Shown piece after piece: positions 1 through 11,491 of a stretch of DNA of 64,000 nt (its first letter is position 1; every line of letters starts with the position of its first letter). The position numbers and the translations under genes were made by a program. This stretch comes from Octopus bimaculoides (lineage: Eukaryota): NCBI RefSeq assembly GCF_001194135.2, contig NC_068986.1, positions 22,570,980 through 22,634,979 on the forward strand. Reading direction: 5' to 3'. The notes beneath the pieces are model-generated. The model was not told the origin of the DNA. It saw only the letters and a list, made by a program, of their open reading frames with translations, and made no database searches.

Positions 1-193
1 AATGTTTTAATCAAACGTTTCGCCACAAAATTCTCAAGTATATTCTAAAAGTTTTAGCACATGTTTCAGTCGTGGCATGCAAGCAAAAGGCACGTGGAGC
101 AAATCAATCAGCAATAGTTATTTTACATGTGGAAAAGAACCTTTAGACATTTTACGATGTAATTTCATAACGTTTCAAAAAGGAATGACTTAC

Positions 194-277
194 GTCTATA
201 GGAGCATTCTTGATAAAAGCTCCGGAATCAACAATAACAAACTTGACTTTCTTTCGATTTAATTGATCAGACGCCAT
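194..277 (-). CDS. NOB1: RNA-binding protein NOB1 (PIN-domain 18S rRNA endonuclease), first coding exon; gene continues off the left edge
   Basis: Minus strand reads aaaATG GCG ... ATA GAC|gtaagt = MASDQLNRKKVKFVIVDSGAFIKNAPID (84 nt, phase-0 donor). VIVDSGAFIKNAPI matches the NOB1 PIN N-terminal motif (human VVADAGAFLRHAAL). Good Kozak context and a perfect donor. Confidence 0.85.
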
Positions 278-290
278 TTTCGAGATCTCG
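272..290. promoter_or_regulatory. YY1-like site over the NOB1 ATG plus a 10-bp palindrome
   Basis: CGCCATTTT at 272-280 and the perfect palindrome CGAGATCTCG at 281-290. Short motifs; function inferred. Confidence 0.3.
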
Positions 291-317
291 TGTAAAGTTT
301 AGAGATGAGAGCTCCAA

Positions 318-332
318 CCGGAAATGACGTCA
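318..332. promoter_or_regulatory. Overlapping ETS + CRE core promoter motif of NOB1
   Basis: CCGGAAATGACGTCA = ETS core CCGGAA abutting a full palindromic CRE TGACGTCA, 41 bp upstream of the NOB1 ATG in CpG-rich DNA. Confidence 0.6.
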
Positions 333-1141
333 ACGACCCTCCTCCTTCAACTTTCTCACCTTAACTTGTGTTAAAACGTTTCAATTAAACATTCTTCTTG
401 TTAAGTTAAAAAATCGAATGTTGACACTATAAAAGCGACAAAATATTTATAAAAGTTGTTAATATATTACTGGTAAAATATTTATTCACTGTATGAAAAA
501 AACAAACTATTTCCTTTGAAAGTAATGACGTAATTAATCACATGACCGTCAGTGATGAAGAAGTAGAACTTAACAGCAATTCCATCACTGATGTACTGAG
601 AGTGTAAATGTCAGTTTTAATTCTTCCACAGAACGTCTAGCGAAGCTCTATTTCTAAACTGCAATTACTGACGTGTTAGAATCTTGGGAAATATAGACGG
701 CAGCTATTTACAGAAGCTACGAAACATAAATCTTCCACCAGCAAGTTGCTTGTACACTCATTTACATACTCCTTCTTGAATTTCTTTTTAGACAAACGGG
801 ACTTTAAAAAAAAAGCGTATGAAAGAGAAATAAAAACAAACAAACAAATAAACAGTGGCACCTGTATGAATCTAGAAACAGCTGGAGAGATCACTGTGGA
901 CACCTTTACCCTATTACCATTCTTAATGCGACAGGTCTTCCTTTATACACTCTGAACCTTATAACATTGATACCTCAGGTTTGAACTTTTTATTATTATT
1001 TTTTCTTTATTATATTGTCAATGTCCTATAGAGTGGGCGACTCGATTAACAGCAGCTGCCTGTGGTCATGAGGGAACATTTCTTAACATTGCTTTAACCT
1101 CTATCACTTCGATTCGTTTTAAAGTATTTAATGATTAATCT

Positions 1142-1345
1142 TTTCCCTCTATATATGTAGTGTGTGTTGGTGAATCTTTCAATAGACATGTACATATCTA
1201 AATACAGCTTAACTTATTATTTTTAGTTCAATCATCTGAAATCAGCAATCATAAACAAGGACCAACAGTCTTTCTGATCTCGGATTATAGCGATCAGATT
1301 AACAAGTAACAACTAATAAATTATAATTTAAAAAAATGTTAAACC
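1142..1345 (+). repeat. Direct repeat, copy 1 (~204 bp)
   Basis: tttccctctatatatgtagtg...aaaatgttaaacc recurs at 1803-2006 with scattered substitutions and small indels. Confidence 0.95.
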
Positions 1346-1548
1346 GTACTTGTCATTATACAGCAGTGTACTTCGTCATTTCTCTCTCATCACAAATCAT
1401 GCTTTCTTATCTGAAAGTATTTGGTTGCTGTTTTTTTTTTTTTTTTTGGCTGAAGTAGGTGGAATGATTTAAGAAAAAAATTACGTTTTTCTGATTTGAT
1501 TTTTGTTCAATTGGAATTTGGCTCAGGCAAAATTACTGATTTTCAGTC

Positions 1549-1566
1549 TACGTGTAGCGCGGAAGT
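1549..1566. promoter_or_regulatory. Second promoter-like motif cluster (ACGTG + ETS GCGGAAGT)
   Basis: TACGTG at 1549-1554 and GCGGAAGT at 1559-1566 in a CpG-retaining segment. Candidate promoter of a divergent plus-strand gene. Confidence 0.4.
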
Positions 1567-1802
1567 GGAGATATATTTATGTGTTTGTGTTTACAGCCGA
1601 ATCGAGAAAGACTTCGTGTTGAGAATGACTTTCTTTTTAACTTTCTTTTTAAGTGTAGGCTGATGATAATAATCGAAAATTACGCAATCTGTTTGTGAAA
1701 GTTATCACATATTTCGTGTTGTATTATTATTATTTTGTTTACTTTGCAGTTCGATTCAGTTACAAATATTTTAAACATTCCAACTTTCATCTGTTTTTGA
1801 CA

Positions 1803-2006
1803 TTTCCCTCTATATATGTAGTGCGTGTTCGTGAATCTTTCAATAGACATGTACATGTCTAAATACAGCTTAACTTATTATTTTTAGTTCAATCATCTGA
1901 AATCAGTAATCATAACAAGAACCAACAGTCTTTCTGATCTCGGATTATAGCGATCAGATTAACAATTAACAAGTCATAAATTATAAAAAAAAAAAAATGT
2001 TAAACC
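1803..2006 (+). repeat. Direct repeat, copy 2 (~204 bp)
   Basis: Near-identical to 1142-1345, offset 661 bp. Confidence 0.95.
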
Positions 2007-2284
2007 TAGTATTTTTAAACGATCATTTAAGTGTTCTAATACCATGTATTAACGAATTTAAAGATTGTTTTCGATAATTACATTATATGTAGAATTTTAC
2101 AAGATTACCTTTCTTTAAAATGCCGAAAAAAATCTCTACCAAAAAATCAGCAGATATATAGATTATATATGTTAGTAAATGAACGTTTGTAGTTGACTCC
2201 AGTTTGAGATAGTTAAATTTTTGACATCAAGATTTTATGTGGATTTTTTTATTGAAGATGTTTACCGACAATAACTCAACAGAG

Positions 2285-2298
2285 CACACACACACACA

Positions 2299-2337
<39 letters not shown>
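2285..2337. repeat. (CA)n(TA)n microsatellite
   Basis: Read directly from the sequence. Confidence 0.95.
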
Positions 2338-2340
<3 letters not shown>

Positions 2341-3304
2341 AAAAAACATAAATCCGGTGCACCTTAGAGTATATGTAAATATATAAACACACACACATAC
2401 TTACACATATACATATATGGATATAGACATTTGCAATGATTGTTATTTTTTTCACTTGTCATTTTGATTAGCATATGAAATAAAAATGATTTTTATTCCA
2501 CTGACCATTTTATGAAATTTTCACCTTGACTCATGCTCTATCTGAAACACCCACGCTCATATATAGCATTTACTGAGCCAACATCTGGTTTACACACACA
2601 TATGTATGTAATACATACACACACACACTGATGATTGTTACACGCGTGGTTGTGTCTACGTGAGATTTATAGATATTTAAAAACGAATGATATTGTGTAT
2701 TCGGATAAAACGTTAGTTAAGTGCCGACTTTAATCTGTCTCAGCTGTTGTTATCCCTGCAAATACAGAATTTCGGTTTGTGCGTTGATAATGAAGTTTTC
2801 TTTTCTTTTTTTTTTATTATATGCTAAGGTAATATTACTAATTTACAAACTCCAGAATATCCATGTTGTTTTAGCAACTCGAGAAAGATGTAGGCAAAAT
2901 GGAATGATTTGAACTCGGAACAACACAGCGCCGACTTTGGATAGCAGAGCTAATTTCTTAGTTATATTGTTTCGTACACGAGGAGTTGTGACTTTCATGC
3001 CAAGAGTATTAATGAAATAAAGCAAAACAAAAATCGGTGGAAGATTTACTATAAGGATTTCTAAAATGTATATAATTTTTTTTACAAGTCGTAAAAATTC
3101 CTAACGTAAGCTCACAGTCACGGGTTTATTGGGTTGAGAAATGTAAAATTCATGCCTTTCCCAACCAAACGGTTCCAGTCAGGTATCAAAAATCGACTTG
3201 TCTCACCTGGTGCTTACCACTATTCGACGGCGTGATGATTGTAGTCGTAATAATGATTTCTTAGGCACTTGGCCAGAGAGTTTCAGGAATAATAATAATA
3301 ATAA

Positions 3305-3371
3305 TCCTTCTATAGGCACAAGACCTGAAATTTGTGGGGAGTAGGCTAGCTGATTACATCGACTCCAGTGC
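3305..3371 (-). mobile_element. SINE family C, 3-prime fragment
   Basis: ataggcacaagacctgaaattt...gattacatcgactccagt next to an (AAT)n tail; shared with 9116-9313, 9733-9911 and 41437-41566. Confidence 0.6.
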
Positions 3372-4670
3372 TAATGGAATTGAATTTTAGATGTAATGTA
3401 ATCTTAGGGATTTACGTGGTGTTTGGCACATGCTGACACATTTCGTTTCCAACCCTGACATAAAGATTAAATGGTCACACTCACACGTACGATGTTGTTT
3501 TTACAACATCATGTCACATTCGTCTGTTTGTTTTGGGTTTTGTTGCTTTGATGTTAATGTAAGTTTATTCGCTGGTGGCCGCTTTTGTTAATAATGATGA
3601 TGATTGTTATTTTGACCTCTCTTGTCAGGCGCGTAATTCCATTTCTCTAAAAACACGACGTTTTTATTTGATTTAATTTCCTTATTAAAACTAGCATCAA
3701 AGATGGTATATTTAATTTTTCAATAGACAAAATTATATAGTAGAAAATAGTGTGAATTCCATATTCGAAGAGATAACCAAAGGAGGAGGAATGGATTATA
3801 ACAGCTATCGTATATGCGAAATAATTTTCGAGAGTAGACTCTGGGAGTCCATCCTCGATATTAAAAGAAGTATTAACGGTATTTTAATTGCAGTAATGCA
3901 AACGATGTCCAAATCGAATTTGAACATTTAAATTCTTTTGCCGATGTAATTTCTAACTCCCGCAGTTTTATTTACGAGACAGTCTACCTAAGCCGACCTT
4001 ATATAACTTTTATCGATTGAATCGTTCCTATATATCATTGATACTCTTTTTCTGGACCCTCGATGGGATGAAAGACAATACTGATCTTGGCAAGATATAA
4101 AAATCAACAGAACAAGCTCCACGTCGAACTAGTTTCTGCTCAGTCAACAATAGGGTTTTACATTCTCGATTATCTCCTTAAAACTGTTTGACAAAAGATT
4201 TCGTCATACATTTACGATCTGGTCATTGCATTCGTTTGCATTCCCACAGTTAAAAATATCATTGGACGCCCTTCCCCAAACACTATCCTCAAAACTTATT
4301 TCGTACAATGCGATCACCGCTAGCTGTTAAAATCCCTTCCCCTCTCCTTTTAGTTCTCATTCTTCCTCAACCTACATGAATTTTAATGTCATTGTATGTA
4401 ACACTATCCTGTTGTGGAATACTGGGCAATGCTACCCTACCATATAATTTTGTGTCTGGTCAAAATAAATCATTCTTGTTGCTGGTTTTAATGACGAAAG
4501 GGAAGTGGAAATACACACGACAAAAAAAAAAAGCAGAAGAAAGAAACAAAATAACTATCATTATCATCATTCTTGTCATCTTCATTAACTAATCGACCAA
4601 ATGGAAGTAAACTTATTCTTCGTTAGCAAACATTCTTTTTAATTTATACGCATAACAACCTAATATGGTA

Positions 4671-4850
4671 CCTCTACATGGACGTCATTCGACCTACTAG
4701 AAATAACAGCCAAGTCTCCCTCAAATCACATCCCAATGTCATAAAAAAGAAAGGAAACACTGGGGTGTGTAATCCTCGATGTACTAAATGTTGAATGGTC
4801 ATGGCCGGAGCACTTTTGACCATAGGTCAACTCGATCTCGATCAGAACTA
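4671..4850 (+). mobile_element. Dispersed repeat family D
   Basis: ctctacatg...gacctactagaaataacagccaa...gaatggtcatggccgga...gaccatag; diverged copies at about 30483-30650 and 35141-35300. Confidence 0.55.
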
Positions 4851-4969
4851 TTTTAGGATTTAATGTGTGTGTTCGTAAAACGTATTTTTATAATATGTAT
4901 TATATTTTACCTCATACTTAGTGAAGGAAAGGAAGATAGTATCTCTAGTCATTTACAGGGCCATTGATA

Positions 4970-7025
4970 CGTGCAGTAGGAAGTTAACTTCAAACTGCAG
5001 ACCTGTTTTGAATGGAGTAGAATCTGCTAAAGGCGCCCATTGGGCCAAGTGATGTTAAGATAAGTAAAGAAATAAGAAAAGATTAAGTCAAACTGGCAGC
5101 GTCCACAGTTTCCATCTATTAAAACTCAGAAAACTTTTGAAGATACTTGCCCAAGATGACTTACAGTGGAGTTAAACCTGAAGCTATTTAGTTGGAAAGT
5201 GAGTTTCTTAACTATATTGTCATGCCAGTGTTTGTTACACAATCTTTGTTTAGTATTATTATGTAAAACAAATCACCCAGTTTGGGTGATCTGCCCTCTG
5301 AGTTTTATGGTTATATGCCTGATCTGTTTGGCAACCTCTTGGCAACTATCACAACTGGTAGCAAAGCTAGAGAATTCCTCATTCTGTGAACTGGGTTGTA
5401 TTAGTGCTAATAAGAAAGGATGTCAACAAAGGGGATATTATAGACAATTTCTAGCCCATTACTCTGTTAAATACATCTACAATAACCTCCACTTCATGCA
5501 ATATATCGTAGCAGGAACAGGTAACAGATCTGGTGTTGGTGGGTCCCTGATGAGTTTGGATCAGTCAAAAACCTTCAATAGGTTTGACTATTGCTATTTG
5601 GCAGCAGTCGTAAAAGCATCCACTTTTGGATCTGTTTCCAGTGGTTGGATTACAGTAATTCACGGTGGTGCTTGTTCAATGGTCAAACTAAATGGCCATC
5701 TCATGGAATTGTTTCATATTGTATGCTCAATCTGTCAGAAGTGTCCTCTTTAATCTCTTAAAACACACTGGCTCTTGAGTCATTGCTGCAGAAGCTAGAA
5801 CTCTTGAGGGACATCCCTTTTGAGTTGGGATATAGAAGAGTTGTGTTGGATAACATCACTGTAATGGTGTCAGTCACCATGGAAGTTCAGGTACTCAGTT
5901 CCATTTTAAATGAATACAAGTTGATGGCAGGAGCAAAGGTAGATCTGAATAAGTTTGTGGGTGCTTGTAGCTTGGTAAGTATATGCCATTGAATACCATA
6001 GTCACTGGTCAGGTGGACTGGTTAAATTGCTTGAAGTCGAGCTTGGTCTGAACCTCCGGATAGACAGGAACTGGAATGAGATTAGAAGTGGGGTGGCTGA
6101 CCTCACTTGGAAATGGGTTGAGAGGAAACTATCCCTGAAAGGTTAAAGAAATGGTGAATGTCTACATTGCCTCCATTATAACTTGCCACCTGACTATTGT
6201 ATCTTGTCCCAGTCCATGTTTGTCCAGACTGGAGTGTCTACTTTTCACTTCCTGTAAAAGGACACATTCCACTAGTCAGGTAGTTTATCTGTTGCCAGTG
6301 CCCTTTGGAAGGTGGGCTTAGGCATGTTGTGACTATTGATGTGCAGACATGAGTTGAGACTACCTACAGATTTTCCTGGACAGTGAGCCAGTGTAAGATA
6401 TGTCTTTGCAGCTTATCTCTTTGATGGAGCTGCAGTCCTAAGTCAAGAAAAGATCAAGATTGGGTACCTGGCACCTGGATTGTTGTTAGGCATTCATCAC
6501 CTTCTCTCAATCAGGTAATACAGTTGGTAGAAGTTCTATCTTAGCAATATATCGAGATATATTGGGGTGTAAGAGGGACGATATTCTTGAGGACACTTTG
6601 GGTGTTGACAAAGATGGACTAACTGGTCTGTATTGGAGGACTCTTGGACTGGGAACTACCACAGATAACGTCCAGAAATCCCTATCCTAATAATGTGACT
6701 GAGGAGCAGTGCCAGTTCAAGATAAACCCTACAAGTATGTAAGTGCCACCAGGCAGGACTGCCTGTGATGTGTGCAAAGCAATGAAACTGTAATGCCTGT
6801 ACTTGTGCAGCGTCTTAGCATTGCTGACTTGTGGAGTTATGTGAAACAATTGTTGTTACATGTAGGACAAACCTATCAACCAAGTCCATTGTGAGAATCA
6901 CGCCATGACCCAAATTTAACAAGGCAGGACAGGAAGTGAGTTTTCCTCTGTCAAGTGGCTATGGTGAAAGAGGTTGCATGGTAAATGAGGCTAAAAGGAT
7001 TGAGGAAAGACACCATCCTCTTCAC
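4970..7025 (+). mobile_element. Degenerate L1/Tx1-clade LINE, ORF2 reverse transcriptase to C-terminal region
   Basis: Decayed RT motifs: VLIRKDVNKGDIIDNF*PITLLN, SLDQSKTFNRFDYCYL (LDQEKAFDRV), VKLNGHLMELFHI..SICQKCPL (VRQGCPLS), ILNEYKLMAGAKVDLNK. Stops, frameshifts and an internal deletion. Boundaries approximate. Confidence 0.8.
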
Positions 7026-7073
7026 TTGAGCTCTCCTGGACTTTTTAGTCACAATGACTGAAACAAAAGAATA

Positions 7074-7219
7074 CATGACGGGCTTCTTTCAGTTTTCGTC
7101 TACCATTGGTCAACCCGAGGCTATAGTAGAAGACACTCACCCAATGTGCCACACAGTGGGACTGAACCCGGAACCATGTGGTTGGGAAGCAAGCTTCTTA
7201 CCATACAGCCACGCCTGCA
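7074..7219 (-). mobile_element. tRNA-derived SINE family A, 5-prime part
   Basis: Reverse complement of the head seen at 37147, 44177 and 55535 (A box TGGCTGTGTGG, B box GGTTCAGTCCC). Resembles octopus OR-type CORE-like SINEs (from memory). Confidence 0.85.
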
Positions 7220-7761
7220 CCTATAAATTGGATATGAATGTTTAGTAACATCCGACAGTTTCTCTGATTGGCTATTTTATCTTTTCTTTTAATTAATGGC
7301 TGAAATTGGCTTTCTGTTGACCTCATTAGCAATTTGGAATTTCATGCCCAGACTCAGCCATAAAGTAAGGTTGTATTAACTATTATTGAATAAAAAAAAT
7401 ATTGTGAAAAATGAAGGTGGTAAGCAGGTGAAGCATATTTGATAACTATATGAGTGTGTGTGAGTGTGCGCACATACATACTGTATTTGATGGCATAAAA
7501 GATGCATCACAATTTCAGATGTATATATTTAGAAAAAGTGCGTTAGGATGGGCAGAATTAGCTATGGGAGGCTCAACTTTACATATAGGATCTGGGGTGT
7601 TTTTTTGTTTTTTTTAGTGGTTGGGAGATATTTTGTTTGATAAAAAAAACGAGAAAGTATGTCTTATATGCTATCAAATACAATGTATATGTGTGTGTAC
7701 ACACATACATTCAGTAGTATGCTTTGGTGAAGTACACGTTGCTAGATGTTCCGGAATATGT

Positions 7762-7979
7762 TTAACCCTTTAGCATTCAGATTACTCTGGTAAATGCAAT
7801 GTTTATATATTCATGTTGATTTGAATTAATCATGCATTATCTTGTAGCTTTGAGATTTCATTGATGTGATTGCTTACTTTTAGAATGACATTTTTAGGTA
7901 AGTGTAAGAGGCCAGATCTGGCCAGTATGAACATAAATAGGTAGAAAAGTTTAGGCCAGTTTAAATGCTAAAGGGTTAA
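7762..7979. mobile_element. TTAA-flanked MITE, family M1 (piggyBac-like ends)
   Basis: TTAA|CCCTTTAGCATT ... AATGCTAAAGGG|TTAA; an inverted second copy lies at 54594-54821. Confidence 0.85.
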
Positions 7980-8689
7980 CTTAACATTCCTCTTCTATTC
8001 CCATGATGCATTGTAACTTTTAATGAAGCAAAAATAGGTTAGATTGTCGCACACAAATCTCATATTTTAATGATAACAAAAACCAATTACTGATATTTAA
8101 TATGCATGATTCAAGTGGTTATATAACAAGTTATGCAGATATATACTCTCTTCATTCATTACAAGCAAAATACATTGATTGTTTCAAATTTACCCCAGTG
8201 TAGACTGCATATGCCACAGATAACCACAGAAAAAAACAAAGAAAACCAACAAAAAAACAAAATGGAAAAACCCCTGATAAAAACAAGAGAGAAAAGAGAA
8301 TATACTTGTAGGAGTTTGTAAGGATGGGGAGGAGTAATTAAAGATATAATGATGGAAAGTAAATAAATACAAAGACAATAAGTTCCAACCATAGAAAGAA
8401 AAGAACGGATAATAAATTATACTGCCAAAGACAAGGCACTCAATTCTCACGCAGGGCAAGTAGTATAAACCCCTTAGTAACAACTTAGCTAAATAATTTC
8501 TATTTTGTTTTCTGGACTATAGCATCTTCAAATACAAGATAGTGTAATGTAGGCCATTGCTCTGCAGTTAAATGTAAGGTCATACAATGAATTTGAGATA
8601 AACATTTATGCTATTCAGATATGCTGTAGAATAAAGTTGTCAGTGTTAAATGTTAATTAATCACAAAAGCAGCTACAATAATCATCATC

Positions 8690-9050
8690 CATCATTTTGA
8701 ATCCAGTGGATTTTTTTCTCTGTTAACAGGGGTGGCTGGATCTACCTCAATGCTATAGCAACCTCCCTCACCATCTCACCCGGTTTTGGGCATCCTCCCT
8801 TCTCAAACCAACCTTCCCAATCTCCTCCTCCACCTGTCCCCTCCACATTTTCCTTGGTGATAGTGGGGCTTTGAAAGGGGTCTCAGGGAGTAGCGACCTT
8901 GCCTTCCTGAGCTAGTTTTCCACCACATTTCTTAAAAATCGTAGTAGAGGCCTTGGTCTCAGGACCACTCATGTCTAGAAACTGAGGTTGGAGATAAGCA
9001 AAGGCATGCTCCACATAGAAAATCCAGCTATGAAAAAGCCTCAGCAAAGG
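8690..9050. mobile_element. Old GC-richer dispersed repeat, probably retroposon-derived
   Basis: Begins after catcatc; compositionally distinct block (gaccttgccttcctgagctag...aaaggcatgctcc). Family not verified. Confidence 0.35.
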
Positions 9051-9115
9051 AGAAATAACATTAATGATGTTATTTACAATAAAAGTATTAAATGTAGCTT
9101 TAAATTAATAGTAAT

Positions 9116-9313
9116 ACTTCCTACTATAGGTACAAGGCCTGACATTTTAGGGAAGGGGGCTGGTCAATTACTTCGACCCCAGTACTCAACTGATACTTAT
9201 TTCATCAACCCTGAAAGGATGAAAGGCAGAGTTTGAACTCTGAATGTAAAAACAAATGAAATGCTGCTTTGTATTTTGTCTGGCATGCTGATAATTCTAC
9301 CAGATTGACACAT
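9116..9313 (-). mobile_element. SINE family C
   Basis: aggtacaaggcctga...cgaccccagtactcaactgatacttatttcatcaaccctgaaaggatgaaaggc...gaactc; shared with other copies in the window. Confidence 0.75.
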
Positions 9314-9319
9314 TAATAT

Positions 9320-9717
9320 TCTTTTATTTGCTTCAGTCATTTGACTGCAGCCATGCTGGAGCACCACCCTTTGTCAAACAAATCAACCCCAGGACTTACT
9401 CTTTGTAAGCCTAGTACTTATTCCATTGGTTTATTTTACCAAACCGCTAAGTTATGGGGATGTAAACACACCAGCATCAGTTGTCAAGCGATGGTGGTGG
9501 TGGGGGATAAACACACACACACACACGACTGGCTTCTTTCAGTTTTCATCTATCAANNNNNNNNNNGGATAAACACACACACACACACGACTGGCTTCTT
9601 TCAGTTTTCATCTATCAAATCCACTCACAAAGCTTTGGTTTGCCCAAGGTGCTACATAGTGGAACTGAACCTGGGACCATGTGGTTTGTAAGAAAGCTAC
9701 TTACCACACAGCCACTC
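9320..9717 (-). mobile_element. SINE family A, near full length, contains a 10-N gap
   Basis: Full tail-to-head match to the copies at 18221 and 55535; central (CA)n. Confidence 0.9.
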
Positions 9718-9732
9718 GTAATGTTACTGTAA

Positions 9733-9911
9733 TATTTCGGGAGTGGAGATAAGTTGATTACATTGACCCCAGTGCCCAACTGGTACTTAATTATTGGACC
9801 TGAAAGGCTGAAAGGCAAAATTTGACATTGGTGGAATTTGAACTCAGAATGTAGAGACAGATGAAATACTACTAAACATTTTGCCCAGTGATTCTGTCTG
9901 CTCACTACCTT
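9733..9911 (-). mobile_element. SINE family C
   Basis: gattacattgaccccagtgcccaactggtactt...gaaaggctgaaaggcaaa...ggaatttgaactcagaatg...ctcactacctt. Confidence 0.75.
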
Positions 9912-9949
9912 AAAATTATAAATAGCTATATGAACTAGGACAGATCCGG

Positions 9950-10470
9950 TTATTAGCTGAAATCATAGTGAAGATTGCCCCATCACCCTCCTTTGTCCAG
10001 GAGGGGCAGGCAATTTTTATTTTCTGGTGGCTGTAGCGATGGTGGACTTGTTTAAAAGGGCTAAAATCAGACACTTTCCTCTTTGGCCAAGCCCTCATCA
10101 ACTTCAAGTTTCACTTGGAGAGGGAACTGTTGCCTTCTGGCAAATTTATTGAAAGGTGGATGAATGTTGGAAGAATGGTCAGTGTGGAAGGACCAATTCT
10201 GAGCGTACACCTGTGAAGAAGTAAAAGGAGAAGGGCTCTTGCCCTGTTGATCAGGTACCTGTAGCTTTTGTGGGTTTTTCCACAAGGAACCTTAAAGCAC
10301 CTCCCCCTATTGGGAGATTTTAATGTTTAATTATTATTGTTTATTTTATTGTTTACATGCATTAAAACCCTTTGAATCATCTTGTGTTGTCTTTTATGTT
10401 GTGTCATGTCATTTTATGTATATTTATATTAGCCCTTGTGGCTAGTGAAAGAATGAATTATTATTATTGT
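9950..10470 (+). mobile_element. L1/Tx1-clade LINE 3-prime end (ORF2 C-terminus and 3-prime UTR)
   Basis: Decayed GLKSDTFLFGQALINF and KFIERWMNVGRMVSVEGPILSVHL*; homologous to 6885-7025; ends in an (ATT)n tail. Confidence 0.65.
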
Positions 10471-11029
10471 TATTAATAATAGCAATGTAACACTACAATG
10501 ATGATAGTACAAACATTGTTTCTATTACATTATTATTATGGATAACAAGGATGGTAAAGTGTAATGATAAATGATACTGCTAATAAAGATAGTGTGGTTA
10601 TAATTATGCTAAGTGTAGGCTAAAAATTTGACTAGATACCTAATTTCTGATGTATAGACCCATGTAGGAATGATAAACTACTAAACATATGTAGTGATGT
10701 GAAAGAGATAATGCATTACTAGTTCAATAAGTCAATGGAGCAGTGATGGAAATAAATACATAAATAAATAATTAGGTATATGGTTTAATAATACATACAG
10801 AGAACATAAGCATACCATTAAAAAGGGATAATAATTAATGAAAAATAATAAGCAAATTCATGTAAATACATACAAATAAAATAAAGAATAAGAAAATATA
10901 GTATGAAGAGGGCCACAATTATTACATATAATTCAAGCATAGTAATAATTTGGATTCAAAAGATGGTACCTTGACTTATATGTCTGAGAATGGTTGGAAA
11001 ATAGTTTCATACAGTTGGAAAGGGCTTGT

Positions 11030-11491
11030 TTAACTCTAGAAGTACCAGCATTTATTTCTTCCTACAAGAACCATAGCGGTCATTTTTGACTGGCATTGAG
11101 AATTTTTATTTGAGACAATTTATTTTGAATATAAGCTAATGCAGTGAATAAAGGATTTAAAAATACAGACTTTTAGCATTTATTTACGTACAAAAAAAAA
11201 AAGAATAAATAAACTTAATCAAAAGACTAAATCCTTCAGCTATTTAATGCTTTTTTGGGCCTGCAATTGCCTGATTGTGTTATCATTTTTAATTGTTCCA
11301 CTAGATAATAATAGAGTCAATGATATCTTCGCAAATATTTTTTCCTGAATTATTTGCTCTGTATCAAAAAAAATATATATACACATCTACTCGAAATGAT
11401 GCTCATGATTGCACAGTCAATACAGTTGTAGAAATTAAAAAGTAAAAAGCTAAAATAGTCATAAGTGAGCACTTGGTACTTCTAGTGTTAA
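11030..11491. mobile_element. TTAA-flanked MITE, family M3
   Basis: Left TTAACTCTAGAAGTACCA, right TGGTACTTCTAGTGTTAA (18-bp TIR including TTAA, one mismatch). Confidence 0.75.

Larger units (their letters stand above)
1..4850. other. CpG-retaining (likely unmethylated, promoter-proximal) domain
   Basis: Hand count: 20 CpG in 1-600 versus 1 CpG in 14041-14640. CpGs stay frequent to about 4.85 kb, then drop sharply except in young repeats. Confidence 0.7.

Noticed and set aside
845-985. HLYPITILNATGLPLYTLNL, resembling the Pif1/Helitron helicase motif YPxEFLNSxxxxGLPPHxLxL
   Set aside because: Short match with no flanking helicase motifs in frame; could be chance.
1142-2006. LTR pair / TRIM
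   Set aside because: No TG..CA termini, PBS, PPT or TSD seen.
9341-9691. ORFs such as MTAAMLEHHPL.../MTPGLILCKPSTYSIG... (also 18430, 37031, 44116, 54151, 55718)
   Set aside because: Recurrent translations of SINE family A, not genes.
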